Shown: positions 32,571-34,304 of the stretch, in pieces | Position numbering within the stretch: the stretch's first letter is position 1 | Layout of the letters: each line of letters opens with the position of its first letter | Source: Octopus bimaculoides | Taxonomy: Eukaryota | DNA length: 34,304 nt | NCBI RefSeq assembly: GCF_001194135.2 | Contig: NC_068985.1 | Span: 80,263,166-80,297,469 of the forward strand | Reading direction: 5' to 3' | Notes under the pieces: generated by a model | What the model was told of the DNA's origin: nothing | Databases searched by the model: none | Seen by the model: the letters and a program-made list of their open reading frames with translations, nothing else | Program-made: the position numbers and the translations under genes

Positions 32571-33199
32571 TAGTTTCTTCCCCTCAAAACTACTGGCCTT
32601 GTGACGCTATGTGATAAGGGTGGATATTTGAATTACATGTGCATTCCATACAATGAGAAGAAGGGAGAGGAGGAAGGGGAGGAGGAAGTCGAAAGTAAGA
32701 AACGTCAATGAAGAAAGAAGTAGTAATAGTAATGAAGGGTAGAAGAAGAAGAAAAAGAAGAAGGGCATCATCAGCCGTCAATTGCTGACAAGCTCTACTT
32801 ATAAAATCTCGAAAGGATGAAAGGTAAAGTTAATACCGGCGACCGGCGGGACTTGAAATCAAAGCACAAGAAAGCTTGGAACGAATACCGCAAACAACTC
32901 TTCTATTTCACCGTTTTATTAATTACTTAGTAGAGTATCAGTAGAATTACGACGGTTAAGTGCTCATTTCAACCAACTTAGACACTTATCTTCTGAAACG
33001 TAATAAAAAAAAATGGCCTTGTGCCCAGCTGAAAGAAATCGTTATTACGTCATAAAACCCAGATTACCATATTTGGTAAATCTTTGATTACCGCTGGTCA
33101 ATGTCAGTCAGACAGCATATTTATTAATACAACAAAATTAGCGTTTCCGTCGTACTCGCTGCATGACGTATGTATTAGCACTTACTTCACTATTTCCTT

Positions 33200-33690
33200 C
33201 ACACAGACTTATTACTTCTTTTACTACGTCTAGTCTTATTCTTTTCCTTCTTTTATCCTCCTCATATATTTTTCCTTCTTTCATCCCACTCTTATATCCT
33301 TTTTCTCTCTGTCTCTATCTCCTTCTTCTCCTCCATTCCTTCTCTGATTTCTCAACTGACCTCCTCATCCTCCGCCACTTCTCTATTTTCTCTCCTACTT
33401 TCTTCCATGATACCCCCACCCCACCAAATTCTCCTCGTCCTCCACCTCCTAATTACTTCCTCGACGATTCCTCCACTCTTCTCCTTTTTCCTCTCTCCGA
33501 CTTCCTCCCTATTGTTTTCCTCCTCTTTTTCTTCATTTTCTCCTACTCTTCCTCTTCTTCTTATTCCTCCCCTTCCTTGTCTTCTGGTTTCTTCGTTGAT
33601 GTTTCCCCACTCTTCTTTTTTGTCTCTCCCACTTCCTCCCTGATGTTTCCCTTCCCTCCTCCTCCTCCTCTACTTCTTCTTCTTCTTTTG
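33200..33690. repeat. Pyrimidine-rich (CT/CCT/CTT) low-complexity tract
   Basis: Seen directly. Confidence 0.85.
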
Positions 33691-34029
33691 GAATATTTAT
33701 TTCTCTCGGGATACTGTCTGAATAATGACTATAAGAACAATAATTCGTAATGTAAGCAGTCCAAGGACACAATCATTTTGTTTGCTCTTTGTTTTTCTGC
33801 GCCGCGGTGGCAGATGGACTGAGACAAAAGGAGGGGAAGAAACAAGTAGGAGTTTGCAGTCAATTTAAATGAACACCGTAACTTCAATGGTAAACAATTG
33901 TATTTGCCATGGAAGGAAGACAAACGATGAAATTTGAACTCAGATTGTAAATACTACAAAGTATCTGCTGCCATTCCTGCCAACTAAACTTCTACTACTA
34001 CTATTACTACGACGAGGACGACCTCCATC

Positions 34030-34304
34030 ACCACCACAAACAGCACCACTACTACCACAAACAGCACCACTATCACCATAAACAGCACCACTACCACCGC
34101 AAACAGCACCACTACCACCACAAACAGCACCACTACCACCATAAACAGCACCACTACCATCATAAACAGCACCACTACCACCATAAACAGCACCACTACC
34201 ACCACAAACAGCACCACTACCACCATAAACAGCACCACTACCATCATAAACAGCACCACTATCACCATAAACAGCACCACTACCACCACAAACAGCACCA
34301 CTAT
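34030..34304. repeat. 21-bp minisatellite (ACCACCACAAACAGCACCACT), at least 13 units, running off the window end
   Basis: AACAGCACCAC recurs every 21 nt from 34039 to 34291 with no indels. Confidence 0.97.

Larger units (their letters stand above)
32073..32605 (+). mobile_element. SINE family A copy split by the 32255-32570 insertion
   Basis: Head and body at 32073-32254 end at aatcgaatagttccttccc; the tail resumes at 32571 (tagtttcttcccctcaaaactactggccttgtg). Confidence 0.8.

Noticed and set aside
33163-33750. 195-aa hydrophobic ORF resembling a membrane protein
   Set aside because: Product of a CT-rich low-complexity tract that lacks stop codons by composition; no domain signal.
33984-34301. 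Minus-strand Val-rich 105-aa ORF
   Set aside because: Antisense reading of the 21-bp minisatellite.

Overview
AT-rich, microsatellite-dense animal genomic DNA with eight N gaps. The repeat families look like those I recall from octopus genomes; this is inference, not a database result. No recognisable host gene is present, and almost all listed ORFs are artefacts of microsatellites or gaps. The window is mostly retroelements: four 5'-truncated R4/Dong-like (restriction-like endonuclease) non-LTR fragments on the minus strand, each starting at an (AAT)n tract; a Penelope-like (PLE) RT directly preceded by CCCTAACCCTAACCC; a probable RTE relic; at least three tRNA-headed SINE families; and small DNA-transposon or foldback elements. 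The most interesting object is a 316-bp insertion at 32255-32570. It has a tRNA-like Pol III head, a minimal hammerhead-ribozyme fold of the type found in PLE pseudo-LTRs, an inverted copy of its own 3' end at the 5' junction, and a 12-bp target duplication. Related hammerhead-like relics lie at 29641-29890 and 24993-25038. A few possible host exons (minus strand 770-1479; 27927-28114) are low confidence.
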